DNA from: Daphnia carinata
Taxonomy: Eukaryota
Direction: 5' to 3'
Assembly (NCBI RefSeq): GCF_022539665.2
Contig: NC_081333.1
Span: 1,240,001-1,304,000, forward strand
DNA: 64,000 bases
Part shown: piece by piece, positions 37,517-52,249 of the stretch
Layout of the letters: the number at the start of each line of letters is the position of its first letter
Position numbering within the stretch: the stretch's first letter is position 1
The notes under the pieces: model-generated
What the model was told of the DNA's origin: nothing
What the model saw: only the letters and a program-made list of their open reading frames with translations
The model's database searches: none
Made by a program: the position numbers and the translations under genes

Positions 37517-40500
37517 CCTGTATCCTGAAGACGAATTTGGGTAGTTAGACGTGAGTTGTGAGAGGCGTGAGAAAACTTGTACACCGAACGCTGTCTGACG
37601 TTCCTGGTTAATTTGTAATCGAGAGAAATTAGCCAATACATCAGAGACAATGTTATTGAAATGGCATTTTCACGCGTTGATAGTCAATTGCTAGTTGCTA
37701 CTCAAAATGTATAGGGATGGCTCATTAGCTTGGACAAATGACAGTAGCCTACCTTTGATTACGATGACAGCAACTAGTGCACAAGCAAAAGTAGGGGATG
37801 CAACTTTGAGAGCGAAGTCGTAATGCAGCTCTGAATCCGCGTCGAAAGTTTTTCGACATGAACCCGTAGACGAATGGGTTGCAGCAACTATTGATGTACG
37901 AGAGCAAATGGCTGTTGTGCGTCCCGCATTTCGTGACACCAATACACGTACGTGGAATAAATGAACATAAAATTGGATTAAAAAAAAAAAAATACCGAAA
38001 TAGGAATGGAATTTTTACAAAGCCATTTTCATGTGTTTCATCGGTCCAGTTCTCGTGTTTGGCAGGAAAGCAAAACTGGTCAACACGTTATCGATCAAGT
38101 ACGGTGACCAACAGACTGCAAACAAGATGACAACTGCCACCAGCATTTTGACAACCTAATTTCAGAATGAATTAAAAAAAAAACATCATTTTCTTTTTTT
38201 TTTTTTTTTAGTTTTTTCATGCTATTTGTTTTGATTGACGGCTGCCCAGTTACAAGTGAATATATACGAACGCACTTGACGAGCCGTCTTGTGATCGGCT
38301 TGTGCGCGTTGCGAAGCCGGTGGCAAGCGGTTAGCGCTGCTGCTGTGACGGTTATTTCTCCTAACCATACTGCCTTTGACGGAATTGGTCTTGCCCGTTG
38401 ATGCCTCTTTTTGACTGCCAGCTGTAGTTAGCCGGCCAATCGCCATTCTCTCGGGGACGGCCCTGTATATATATATATATATATATTTTAACCCCAAAAA
38501 AGTTTACACGTCAATCACACATATCAAGATAAAAGTTTAAACATCGTTATTTTCAATTTTTTTTTTTGGGTCTCCCTCCCATCAAAAGAAACGCCGTGGG
38601 TTGTTGTTTTTTAAGTTTAAATGCTGTTGCGAAAGTTCAGTGAGTCTATCGATTATTTTTCCCATTGAATTTTTATTAAAAAAAAAGTTATTTTGCGCAC
38701 TACTTGGAATATTGGGCTACGTCTTGGACTTTATAGAATCAGTATGGTACACAATAGTTGTACGTATAGTCTATCCCAATTTAAAAGTTTGCAGCACTTT
38801 AACGAGTGTCACTTGGACTGCTTAGTTCCTGTGTAAACACGAATGCCTTGAGAAAATGGTTAACCTTTTGAAAGTTGGTTCTTTTGGAACACGTGCGGAA
38901 ACATCATTTTCTTTCGAAAGTGAGTTTCTTACAAACTTTGTGGGCAAAAAAAAAATTGAAGGTTTTTAATGCGAGTCTCAACGTGTTTTGCCTTAGTTAG
39001 TTGCTAGTCTAAAATTCATGAGGCAGCGGTTGACAATTTATGCACCCAAGCCAAGATGATGCAATACAGAAAAATGGCCGTTGGTCCAGGAATCATTTTT
39101 AAAAGTCAGTATATACCAGATAGTGACGACATACCTTTGTCATTTTTATCCACACATATCAGTTGGGATTGCCCGAAAGACAAGTTACGCAAATGTTACA
39201 CCAGGAAATGCTCATTTCTTAGGAGTCGAACAAGTTTAATACCCTTCAAATACACATCCGCCTTTGTAGGCAAAAGCTTCTTCATCCTCTTACTTATACA
39301 CTGGACTTTGCATTGCGCACTCTTTTCGTGGATAATCCGATCTATACGTATATATTATCTAGACGCTGTTATGTGCGATATGGTTTCTTCTTTTCAACTG
39401 ATCTATTTTCAGTTGGTTTGATTCTATTTCGCTATTGTTGCGTCATCATCATTGCTCGATTGCGTTGGGTAACAACTTTGTTTGTATCAGATAAATCTTC
39501 AGATGATTATATAGGCTGCTTTTGCCATGCGAATACATTCCTCGTAATCCAGAAATTGCACTTGTGATAACACAATCAGCCATTGGATTGGACACATCGT
39601 TCGCCCAAAGAAACACAGCGCCATAATCATAAATGGGGGGAATATCGGAAACGCCAGATGTGCTTTAATTATTCATCTCAATAATTGGATGTCTATGTCT
39701 GACTTTTATATGCATACATTTTTAAGGAGATAAAAAAAAAATCGTTATACACTCACCCATTTAACTTTTGACTTGTTTCCGGGCCAACAACATCAGGCAA
39801 ATCCACCGGAATGTTGGCGCCAATGGCAGCTGATGAACTTGCAACAACTTCTGCAACTGCGGGAACAATTTCGGTGTTCGTATCACTATTGACGATTCCC
39901 GGATAATAAGAATTGCAAATTAGGAAACAAGTCGAGAAAACAAAAATTAAGAACTTACTTGGTCATAGAAGAACGAAGGTACGTGACACGCCAGACTTCC
40001 CGGCCAATGGCACCGTAAGTGACCGCCATGATAGACAATGGCAAAACAAGGACAAGGGCGAGCATGTACAGCTCGTAAATTTGCCAGCTGATTGGGCTGT
40101 CCCAATCACGGACGCACCAAAAAGCCGGTTTGCGAACCCCTACCGGTAAATGTACCTGTGAATTGGTTTGATTAGAATTTTGTTTGATGTACAAACTTCA
40201 TTTTACGTATAGATTCCCCATATATTTTTGCACTTTCAATTCGAGTGCTGTATGCACATTGGCCCGAATTTCTCACGAATTAAACGAACGAAAAGAAAAT
40301 CTCGGGATTTCGATGAATAAATGAAATCGTTGATGGAACTTCTGAACGAGCAGTGGCTACAGAAATGTCAAACTTGTACTTGACACGAGACGTGTTTTGC
40401 GGATCAAAGCATTCGCTCCGAGTTGCGATTCAGCAAGTGCGTGAAATCTTTTTAAAAAGATTCTCGCAATTGCTTGTCGCGGAACAGGGCTCACTGACGG

Positions 40501-43500
40501 CCGTGCAAGTGGTTCAAAGTTTACAACTAAAACTTTATACATTAATGCCTATTCATGGACCTATTCGATAAGTGAAATGGGAAAACGAAATTCGTCTTGC
40601 CGTTTCTTGATTTATTTTACGAACGAGCTGCTGTTCGATCTTCATCATCTACGTGCGTCCATAGGCCTCTGAATGTTATTGACAGCGGTACTGTACACCG
40701 TATAATGAAATGTTCTTGTGATGTTAATACGACCGCTTGCTTTATACTTTTATGTGGATCCTTATAAAAAAACTTTCTTATTGATATCGCAATTACTAAA
40801 TTTTTTTTAATCAAGTCACGACTATCACATAGCGCTTTGTTTGAATCAACTATTACAGGCTATGGCACCCCACAAGTTGTCATAGAGCTACCAGCTGAAT
40901 AGGGCTAGGTAAGCGACCTTTTACAACATACATCACGATCTCATTTGATGTGGAAATAAAGGAAAGAATCAGCTGGCCGAATTGTGTACACACGGCATAA
41001 TAATTCCACGCCCATTGGGTCAGGTAAACGTATATACTGCACGCGTATTGAATAACCAACCTTACGGGCTACCATCAAACATGTGATACCAAATATCATT
41101 GAGTAACGCGTGTCATCATTAATTTCGTCTACGAGATGCTGCACACGTTCGTTGTTGTGCTTCTCAATTGATGCTGCAGATAAAAAGGCACGATCTTTTT
41201 TGTTCCTTATAATAAGTCTGGCAATCGATAGCTCATTCCAAGTGCACACAACGAACAAACAAAAAAAGGCTCTTTTAAAGCATTTTGATAATCTCCACTA
41301 ACTTCTATTCCATGGCAAAGTAAACCCTTGGAATTGTGATGCTATAAAGGGACAAACGCCATCCAATCATTGATATTTGTTATGATGTTAAATGAATGAG
41401 TAACAAACTTATGCTATACAAGTACTGAAAAATATGTTTTTTGTTTACTTGAATCCACAGCGTTGGCGTGGCGAGCACGAAACTAGTGATCCATGTAGCT
41501 GTGATGACTTTACGCGCTTGGCTCAGGGTGCAGAGATATTGCGCACGCATTGGATGAACGATGGCGTAATACCTATGCACATTTGAATATTCCCCCTCCA
41601 TTATTATCGAAAATGGCAAATACCACTATTTACGGAACACAAATAATACGTTAGAATCCACACTGAATTGCAAACAATAACACTAATTAACTGGCCGGCT
41701 CGATTGATGGTCTACGGGCTAATTAGATTCTGCATTAAAATGCACACGCACAGGCAACACACACAGGTTGTGGTGGTTGATAGACTACACCTCCGTTATA
41801 GACGAGAAGGTCAATTACATACAGAGGTCGTCTTTGTTTTGTTTGGGTTTAGAAAAAAGTCTCACCGTTCAATGCTCATGGCCGTTAATGTCAAGACGGA
41901 GCAGATGGCCGATACGTTTTGCATGTAATGAACAAACTTGCAGAGGAACACGCCAAACGTCCACGCGAAAGAGAAAAGTTTGGCAACCTGGAAGTGCATA
42001 CGTAAGAAATGTTATTTTGAAAAGTCCATTATTGAATATGTAGCTAAAATTCCACGTTATCTCGGAACGGCACTGTTTTAATAATCCGCAATTTTTTTAA
42101 GGGCTATTAATTTTAAGTTATAATTTTGTTATTATTTTAAGTGTTTTTTTTTTTGTTGTAACGCAATTTTATTGGTAGTTGATTTCGGCTAAGGGTATCC
42201 AGGCAACACCCCCCTACCCGCAAGTGCATCGTAGATAATAGCACGTCTAATAACATTTGCAACGAGTGCTCAGCACTTTGTACGCTTTTAGTTAAGCCTT
42301 TTAAAAACCAAATGGCACAGCTGATAGTGGTGCGATTTGCCATCAATTCCACTAAAATTTTAAGGACTATACAGAAACCGTCTACCGATTTATTGTTATC
42401 CGTAAAACAAAAACTGTCAAGTCTTATGCAGTATATTGACCTGCGTTTAACTGTAAAACATAGTCGGATGGACACGCTCTTCTACTAAAATTGTAAGGAC
42501 GCAATCTACTAATGACAGTGCGATCCTGTTCGATCAGTTCGAATTCTGGGTAGCGTCTACCACCCTGATTGATTTTTCGTATGTAAACAAAATTGGACAA
42601 AGGGGATTGAAGTGAATGGACGTACTATAGGACACGTAATTCAATCACGCTTCTACAGTGTACCATCACGCACGACAAACGTTTACGTGCAGCCAAACGT
42701 CTTTTGGTTTTTTGTAATGTCCAATGCCACTTAGAGATGACAATAACTTAAAATTTTCTTTTCGAACGCACTGTGTTAGACAAACTTCAGATGCAATGTG
42801 GAGATTCGTAAAGGGCAGTATAGCCGAGGGCTGCAAATGAACGTCACGCAGAAGGGTTATCTCCTGAAGTGAAAGTAATAAAGAAATCGCAAAACAATTT
42901 TGGGCTTTCAAACTAATTAATCCAATGCGACCGAGGAGCGTTTCTCGGAAATCAAGATAATTATTTTTATTTCGTCGCCAAGACTCACGATCCTCTGGGC
43001 TCGTAGGCTGAGGATGTCGTGAATTATCTACTCCGAAATAAGCGGTGACGTGTTGCTTCGGGATTAGGGGAGCTCTGAATACGTTTAAATCTATGAGTGG
43101 AACACTTTTTTTTTTTAATAGGACAACGTTTAAATTTGTATAAATATCTTCGTTGTCTTACATTAACTGGGACACAGACGACAACAAGTAGAAGATCAGC
43201 TGAAGCTAAACTGGCCAAGAAGATGTTAGTTATGGTTTTGAGCCTCCGATAACGAGTTATGGTGAATATGATCAAGCCTGCGAATAGAAAACGTCAGTGT
43301 CAATTATGTGCCACCTGTCATGTCAATGTGTCTTTCTAAACTTAACGTCATCGTCTTTAATGATTTCCTTATTTCTTCAATAAAAAAATAGTTAACGACA
43401 TTGATTGGCACAACAGTGAAAAGGGAAGTTTTGCCCATAGAGAAAAAATTATTTTTATATTTTAAGCAGTCTGAATTAACTATTTGGAGATTGACAAGTT

Positions 43501-43967
43501 AGATGGTGAGGCTTTCGGCTTCACGTGTACGGCCAACGGACGGATATAGGGCACTCAGTAAATAATGCCGCTACAACGTCCTCCTCGTAACGTTTGCACT
43601 ATAGGGTCTTCGAATGCGAATTTTTATTTAAACGTTCACAAACTCAAGTAAATAAAGAAAGCAATAATATTCTATATTTTATAGGCACTCCAGCAAATGC
43701 AGTTCGTGAAACTTTACGTATAGGTCATAAAGAAAATATGTTACCGTTCCCCGAGATGCCCAGCAAAAGGACGAACGAATAGACGACGACTGCTGGAATC
43801 AGCTCTGCCCAGTCGTAATTATCGAACGAAGAATCGATGTCATAATCGTACTCGTCCTCTGCATTGGTGTTGCCTTCGTCGTTCACACTGGAGTTTGCGA
43901 GCAACAAGAAAATCAGATCGTGCCCATTCAGTTGTTTATCGCCATTGACGGCGGTCATCGTCATCAT
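37517..43967 (-). CDS. Rhodopsin-class neuropeptide GPCR (QRFP/CCK/orexin-receptor-like orphan); last exon unresolved
   Basis: All 7 TMs recovered across at least 10 exons: [34 protein letters not shown]...[80 protein letters not shown]. Confidence 0.9.
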
Positions 43968-46900
43968 AACCGCGGGATACTTAAAATATATAGTTCCCTT
44001 GTCCTTCCTAAGTCCAAAACGAAAAAGATGATTTATATCAATGAAATGCGTTCAACATTTGGAACTATTTCCAAGAAGATGTGAGAAAAAGTGTTGCGCA
44101 CAGGAAAAATAATGGAAACTACATCGCATATGAAATAAAACTCTTTATTTGGTATGTATTGCAGTCGCATATCATTTGGTTATTCCTTTTTCCAATGTTC
44201 TTCCAAGAACAAAGAGATGGAAATATTTTTATTTTTTCTTTATTCTACAGAGGAGAAAAAATAGGTCTATGGGTATTTTTAGATTAATTTCGAATACAAA
44301 GACGTTTTGTCAGTCAAAATTTCTTTGCAAAAAATATGACTATATTGGTATAAATGTTGATCAAAACTTTCTTTTAAATCTAAATTTTTTAGGAATCATC
44401 AAAGAAAGGTCGCGCTGAAAAGAAAGCACTAGCGCAGAATATTCATATTACAGGTAAACTAATTTTTCCTTCACCGAAGTGCAATCCGCTGCCCTGAAAA
44501 TGGCCATTCGGGTTTCCCAACTCAAAATTTTTGCAAATGGTTTGTTTAACAACAGAGGCTAAATTCCCTTACATAATGAGAAGCTTAAGCGATTTGAATA
44601 AAAATCTGGTTTCCATGAAGATCAACACGTTAAAAGTCCTAGTTAGAACGCGTGTATAAACGTATGTAAATCAGGAACTCTAAATTCGCGTCCAGAGCAA
44701 TCAGAGGCGCCCTTAAGAAACTCACGAGTATTTAACATCGACGTACGAGTTGACATCATTGTTTTTGAAAATACATATCGTACAATAAAATTGAATACAA
44801 ATTTGGCACAACTTACGTTTCTTATTCGCACTGTTTTAGTTGTTCGATTGTTCAAGAAGAACTTCCCCATTCACCGATAAAGCACAAGTAGCAGCTGAAC
44901 GTCCGCGTCAGAGCAGAGCCGTACAGCGACTAAGCAACTCGCGCCCAATGCTGACCCATAGATCCTATTTGGTCTTTTGCGCAGCGTCGAGTTCAATCCA
45001 ACACCACACTTTGTGGAATTCATTTTGAATTATCATTATTTAGAATAAAGAAAAATATTAAATTTTTATCATTTACATTTGACAGATGTCATTTAGAGGA
45101 ACACACTATCCAAGGTTAAATAGTGTAAATAAAAGCTTTGACGTATATTGTTTGTTTATTATTTTGGTACACGTACCCGTTGCGAATGACGAAGTGGAGT
45201 AAAGCTGTCTTCTCTGAAATCCCACTTTCGTTATTGCGATTTCTATATTGGGAAAGGCAAATAGCATTTCTTCTTAAGATCACACGGATGGCTATCGCAC
45301 TAAATCTAGTGGCAAATTCACCTGTAATGAAAATACCTGGAATGCAAAGACAGAAATAACCATAGAGATAAGTAGTAGGGCGTCTTGTTTAGATAAACAG
45401 TTACAAGTTTCTATCCTATAAATGTTTATGATTTGATGGACTGAGAGTGCCTTTGACAACTGCTTGATTAAACCTCTATACAGAGACCAAGTCTGCCTGC
45501 GTAGGTTGAAGAAATAGTAACCGGTTACGTAAGACAGGGACAAAGCGAAGATGTGGGCAGTCGGCTGCTGACTTATCTACTTACATTTTAGTTATAAACT
45601 TTAAATCTTTCATGCTTTAGTTATTCAGAATATGCATGACATGTTGTATAGAGAAACATTTTACTGTAGTTAAGTCTCGGTTCGCTTCTGGTTCAGTTAG
45701 TGTCGAGAAGGTTAACTTCCATTGAACCGCCTGAGAACCGTACCGATCAAGTTCCGGATGCGCTCATGCATAATTTCATAAAAAACCTTTACAGAATAAC
45801 AAAGAATACTCACATAGTTCAACCTGAATATGGAGCCTTAAAAAATCGCACCCATAAATGTTGGGGCCCACTAATTAATATATTGCTATACAACACATGG
45901 ATGCACTAATTCTAAAGTGTACCTGCACATCTATAAAGTGCTTAATCGAAAGTGTACATAATAATTTTTTAGTATAACGGGATTAATGGATAAGTGAATC
46001 AATACGACTCGTTTCAATGTTAGGGAAAGTGCGTTTCCAGGTAACAGAAAAATATTAAGCATTTCTATATGCATAATATGGAATAACGCCCTATCGTATA
46101 GAATGCCACCATTGGCTATCTCGAACGAGGAAATGTGATCTTCCTTTCTTTTTTATAATTTACTGGCACTTTTCCTTACAAACCTCCGACAGAAAACTGT
46201 AAAGAAAATCAACGTAAAAGCGCAATAAAACAAACTTACGTAAACCAAACGACGCACACAGTTGCTTGCGCGACATTTGGTCTTCAACTGATTTAGGGGA
46301 AAACGTCATTTTCTTTTGTCTTTCTGTGTTGTAACAGTAATGAAAGAAAAAGCAATGACGATGTGTCATTTTTCTATGCCATCTATTGTGTTGATGCCAC
46401 CAAGCAGTGGAAGATTGTAACTGACGGCAGAAGATTACAGTCCTCCTCCGCACTCAAGGGTAGTTCCGCACGACTTGCAATTGCCTCCAATACAACTGCG
46501 AAAATGTGCACTGCTTGCAGTGTCATCAGCAATATCATTTTCCTTTTTATCTTTAAAGAGGACAGTTTTTGCTAAAAGCCGATTTCTAAAGCTAATCCAT
46601 ATAGCAACAAGTTTTTCAGCGAAAGTATCTGGATGAGTAGCGAAGAAATTAGGTGCAATACCTGAAATTTGCATACTAGGAAACGAAAAGACTTACCAGC
46701 TCAAAAAGGAGAAAAAAAAGGTAAAACTTTCATGGCGCTAAATGAATTTGTCATTAAGCTTTTTATCAATACACGTTAATGCAGCCGTTATTGTAGGCAA
46801 TACAAACATAGCGGAAGAAACCCTTAATGAACCGGATGAAACCTTGGTGATATTTTTCACCGATGCAAACGCTTATTATTTTTTATTTGACGGATCGACT

Positions 46901-49284
46901 GATAAATTTTCGCTGTGCATTCAGGCCCACTGATGGGAAAAACTAATTGCTTCACCGCCAACATACCCGTCGCCCGGCGGAGGAAAGTAGTGCGCAAAGC
47001 GTTACACGCTACCTAGCTATATCAAAGCAAAATGGGACACTCGTTTACCAACGACTACGTAACATATGCTTGAAGAGTCATGCCTCAATGTTAGGGCACA
47101 GTTGGCTAAATTTAGAGAATGGCACTACCACACCTAATAACAAAACTACACGTGTGACACACAACAATTCGATACGTTACAGACGCCGCTATCACGATCT
47201 CGTAGTATCCCGTTCGCTACAACATAAAGATCAAAACCCACTAACTTGGTTGATGAACTGGTAGGTTTGTAAGTTTTAACCAATAGATAACGTGAAGTGG
47301 CTCTTCCTGCCCACGAGCCAGACATCTAATCATCGAGTACGACCCAATCTAATATCTGTAACATTGTAATGTAATGTAATTCGTAGATTTATACGAACTG
47401 AACTAAAAAAATTGAGATACATGTAAGGTCGTACTTTAAGACACTCATAATCCAACAGGCTTAGTATGCAAACCGCTTCGAAAGTCTTACTACCATAAAT
47501 TGTGACATAACTGCGAAGGATTTCAAAGAAACTTGTTCGCTATTCCATGCATATTGGAGTGAATTGCTTGCACTGTACGTATAAATTAGTAAGCGTGGCT
47601 AACTAGACATGATGTATGATATCCGATATTAAGATATAGCTTGCGAACTCCATCTTTTCAATTTTCCGCAGTAACTAAAATCCATTCTCTATGGAGCACA
47701 TACAATATAAAGTACTCTATCAGCATTGGGTTCTTGTACTATGTTGGTTAAGTGGTCGCACAAAACAATAGGAACAAGAACTATTTGTTCTCTTCCCCTT
47801 TATCAAAATTGACTGCCATCAGCGCTTGTGTGTGTTGCCTTCTAATCAATACAGCTCTATAGGTTGGCGTTACGGCTTTGCCTTAACCGTGTGAATGATC
47901 AGCATTATGTGTGGCACAGAAAATAAGCCAAAGAAAGTGGACGTTGAGTCGAAGAGCCAAAGGTACACCTACATCCCTATAATAGCTTATTATTTTGGTT
48001 CTGATCGAAAAACGACAGCTGCGGATTCTCCCTTACAGATATATTACACGGCTGGTAGATAACTTTATTTATGTTGCTAGGGACTTGTCTCTTCGATAAT
48101 CTTTGTTTACTTTTCATCGAAGATTTTCCAAGAAAATTATGAGAAATGGCAAAGCCTCAAAGTCAGCACCAAAGCTATAATTTATTTTAGGAAATGATTT
48201 TTAAGACATTTGTAAACCGAGTAAATCACATTCACAATTCCATTTCGTCGATTACAAAAGAGGTTCAAACACGAGTGCTGCTCAGGGTACGTTTTTTTTT
48301 CATTGTCCACATTTTTTGCTTCATGAGGGTCACATCTGCTGTCCAATTGTAAAGATTGATTCAGGACGGAAATGGTCGTTGTCACAGCCAGCAAATGGTT
48401 GACGATGTGTAGTTCTATATGTACAGAACTATCTATTTAAGAGGGTCTCAAATCGAGTTCTGTAACTAGAAAACGCCAGCTTGTTGTGTTCCGTTTTGTT
48501 TATTCTTCCGCTACAGACGGTATCGTTCGCCACCCTTTTTTTATGTTTCCTTTTCTTTGCTTAGGTCGGCGAATGCTAAGAAACATCGATCTTTTTTTTT
48601 TTTTACTTTGCAGCGTGTGAGAGATAAACGAAGGGAGATGCTCTATACTTATCACTTTCTTCAATACTAGCTGAATTGAATATCACTTAGCAATACTTCT
48701 TCTAAGAAAACCAATAGACGCCTTAACCTGGCTGACATTCTTTTTCCTTCACTGGCGACATGAAGTGATAGAAACAAATCCCTTTGTCCTGCGAACGTCA
48801 CCAAGCGTAGCAAAAGTAGTTGAGATTTTAAAAAGAAAAATGCGTTTAACAAAGAAAGTAGACCAAAAGAAATGGCTCTTCTCGCTCTCCTTTTGCCTTA
48901 GTTATAAAAATCAAATTCCTATTTCTGAGAACGTATTCTAGAAGCAAACACAGTGCGCAACGTCTGTGTCAAACAGAAGGGCCTCTACTGTTGCGATTAG
49001 AATTTTGAAGAAATGATTAGACATCCGGATGTAAACAACTTTTAATGACGTCTGATGTATGTATTCGAACGCGGCACACATTCATGAATGAACTGGTGCT
49101 TGAGAGAGTTTTAAAGACACCCACGAGTTTAACTCTTTATGAAGGAGCAACTTGTAAAAATATAAACAGGTGTGTTGTGGGCGAACGCGGAACTAGGCTA
49201 TTCCCACGAAATCTTTGCCATCGAAAGATCAATGAATTTCAGAAAGCAAGGAGCCAATATCCATAGATGGAGTGTAAACGACTT

Positions 49285-50339
49285 TTACATTTGACGAAGA
49301 CGAGCTAGACGTTGCGTCAATTCATCTTGTTCGGTGGAGGCTTGCGTGGAGGCTCCAACGGTAACACTGGGATTCAGTGTGCTCGTATTACCTTGCGGTA
49401 GTTCCATATTGAGTTCAATGCTGTTTGAGCAATAACATTTTCATCATTTCACGTAAAGATTAGATCTGTCAAATTAATTCTTACCCCGCTTCGTCTGCCA
49501 CTTGCTGCATGAGGAAGTCGACATCATTCTGAGGAACGCTAGTGGTTGTGGTTTGAGACATGGCTGTGTCCATGCACGAGCTCTGAACATCGAGATCTTC
49601 AAACTGTTTTTCGAATTTGTCCATTAAAGCTGAAATCTTTTCCAGATTCATAGACCTCATAGCACTGTCCATCGCTTTGACAACACCAGCCATCGATTGT
49701 GTAACCTTTAACACCAGACGTTTAGTGACAATGTGATAGTGAACATGGCTTTACTGCTACTGAAAGGTACCTTTTTAGTTGTAACAGCTGTTTGCACTCT
49801 ACTGCTTACTGCGTCAATTCGCGCCGCCATACGAAGAAAATTAAGCGATTGATTTTTTTGGCGAATGGCATTTTCGCCGTGAATCCGCGCCACTTCCATG
49901 TTTCCCTTTTGAATGGCTTTCTTCAGTTTTGCCCTTTCTGCTTTTTCTTCTTTGTCACATTTCTTTGAATTCCTCTCAAATTCTTTGACGGTAAATTTCA
50001 AACTGAATAAGTGATCTAAACAAAACTTTGCTTAAGGAAAAACTAAACATTTCAAGGATTATGATTAAGAGCACAGCTAGAAATTATAAATCAAGTTCGA
50101 AATATAACTATTAGCGATCACATTCTGAAATCAATTCATATGTTTTGTAGTTATCCAATCAGAAACTGGTATTATAATTAGGCTATGATTATAATAGAGA
50201 CCTAAAGAAGATAGAAACTAAAATATGCTAGCAAATTGTAAATACTAAATCAAAACACAACTAAAAAATTGACTTAAATTGCTAAAACGCCTATGTATGT
50301 TTCAGAAAGTTAGCTTAATTTGAAAAGGATACTCTCCAT
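49285..50339 (-). CDS. CHMP1: Charged multivesicular body protein 1 (ESCRT-III), 4 exons with a 7-nt first coding exon
   Basis: ME|NHLFSLKF...KKCDKEEKAERAKLKKAIQKGNMEVARIHGENAIRQKN, MNLEKISALMDKFEKQFEDLDVQ, C-terminal MIM DELTQRLARLRQM*. Confidence 0.95.
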
Positions 50340-50793
50340 TTCGCAAAGTAACGAAATTTTTCGAACTCAATCTTTAAAGTTCGCCAATATACTGAAAACA
50401 CTTTCCGACAAATCCCTGCCCAGGTCCAGGTTATACAGCAAAACAATTTATGACATCGAATTGTTATGACTCAGGTTTGTGATGAAATTGTTCAACTGAT
50501 GGAAGTGAATAGGATTATCAGATACAGCAATGCCGTACTTTATAAGATAGTAAAAAAGTGTCAATATTTACCCAAATTAACTCGCCCTTAATTTTAATTT
50601 TTACAAATGCGCTTATTTGCTTGTATTTTTAGATACTTTATTTCTTTTGATAGATTTTGATGATTTTTTGGCAGAGGCAACAGTGCGCCAATCGTCAGCA
50701 CAGTAAACAAGTTGTTCGGAAGGAAACGTGGGTGAAGTTTTGTTTATAAAAAGTAGCAGAACTGTCTTTCACAATCCAAAGTCATTTAAAATT

Positions 50794-51778
50794 ATGGAAA
50801 AAGATGGTAGGTATAATCACTATCAATTTATAATTATACACTATAATATATGTGGATAATTATAATTTTTTTTCTAATTAGAAAATAGCAAAGAGTCTGA
50901 GATGATGATTTACCAACCCCTACCCGCAGAAGTTCGTGTTACTCTGGAGCGGCAGTCCCTGCTATTGGGTAAAATTAAGTCAAATGTAAAGAAAGGGGAA
51001 GATAAATTTTTGATGAGCTACATCCAACCAAGAACCCCAGTCATACCCGAGGATTTGTCAGCTTTGTTTAAGAAAGTAAGCAACCACATTAATTTCCCTA
51101 TATGCTACTTGGCTTAACAACAATGTTTGCTGTTGCCTAGAATTTTCCATTAAAGGTTAGTAGACCTGCAAAGGAAAATAAAAAGACCCGAACACGAAAG
51201 AAGGTTTTGACATCTGTTGAGAAAAGAAAACTTGGTCTACATAAGTTGCCAAAAACAGGAATAAAATACAAAGCATGTGCTCCCCTACACCAACTATGGG
51301 TTGAATATATGGAAAATTTTTTAGAATTGGAAAACAGGTATGTAATGCTAACTATTGGTGATCAAATTTTTTAAAACTTTACATGTTAAGCTCTAACTTA
51401 AATGTATAGCACTAAGGCAGCCAATAAGGATTTATTGTATCAGCGGATTGCAAAAGCAGATTATCATGGATGTTTGCTAATGGTAACAAGATCCAAGTGT
51501 CCATCATACATTGGTGCAAAGGGCATTGTGGTATTAGAAACAAAAAACACTTTTCAGATCATCTGTGAAGACGATCAACTCAGAAGTAAGTTAGCTCACT
51601 GTATTACAGTATTTCTAGTTTTAATATTTATTTGAATGCAGTTATACCTAAGCGGGACAGTGTATTCACGTTCAATGTCAGCAAATGGACTTTTACATTG
51701 TTTGGTAACCACATGAACATAAGGCCCAGTGAAAGGGCAGCAAGGAAATTCAAAAGTAAACCTACGATAGATCTTTGA
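50794..51778 (+). CDS. POP4: RNase P/MRP protein subunit p29 (POP4/Rpp29), 5 exons
   Basis: PLHQLWVEYM, KADYHGCLLMVTRSKCPSYIGAKGIVVLETKNTF, IPKRDSVF, RPSERAARKFKSKPTIDL*. Confidence 0.93.
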
Positions 51779-52249
51779 ACTTTTTTGGGAATAAACGTTG
51801 ATACTTTGGAATTTATCTAGCAATTTTTTTTCTGGGTGAAGGTATCGAAAACTATTTTTTTTTCAGTTAAGAATTTCTTCGTGATATTTTGTTTCGTTTT
51901 AGTAGTGCAGTAGTAATGGCTTAAGAGGAACAGATACAACCTTTCGTAACGTACAGTTGTAAAAAAAGGAGGAAAAACTTAGACTAAACAAAGTTAAGAA
52001 AACACCGGTAGGCAGCTAAACTAAAGACGATTTACCACAGAACATCTGCGAATGAAATGGCTACGACTCGCGTGGCCAGTCATGGAAAAGTTGCAGGTAC
52101 GCCTCAGGAAGAAGATAAAACAAACAACGCCTCCCAGGACCTATTGTTTCATTCCAGCTAAATTTCTAAGACTAGGAAATTAATTCACAACTCATTCACT
52201 AATCTCCAATTAAAGTACATCTCATGTCACTGAGACGTAACGGCGAGTA

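Noticed and set aside
42497..42562. tRNA-like string (GGACGC...GTTCGAAT...GCGTCTACCA) in a GPCR intron
   Set aside because: T-stem does not pair properly, no D or anticodon arms, and too short.
46160..47264. Several 60-105 aa ORFs upstream of the GPCR
   Set aside because: No consistent exon chain or motif; may be 5' UTR or intergenic.
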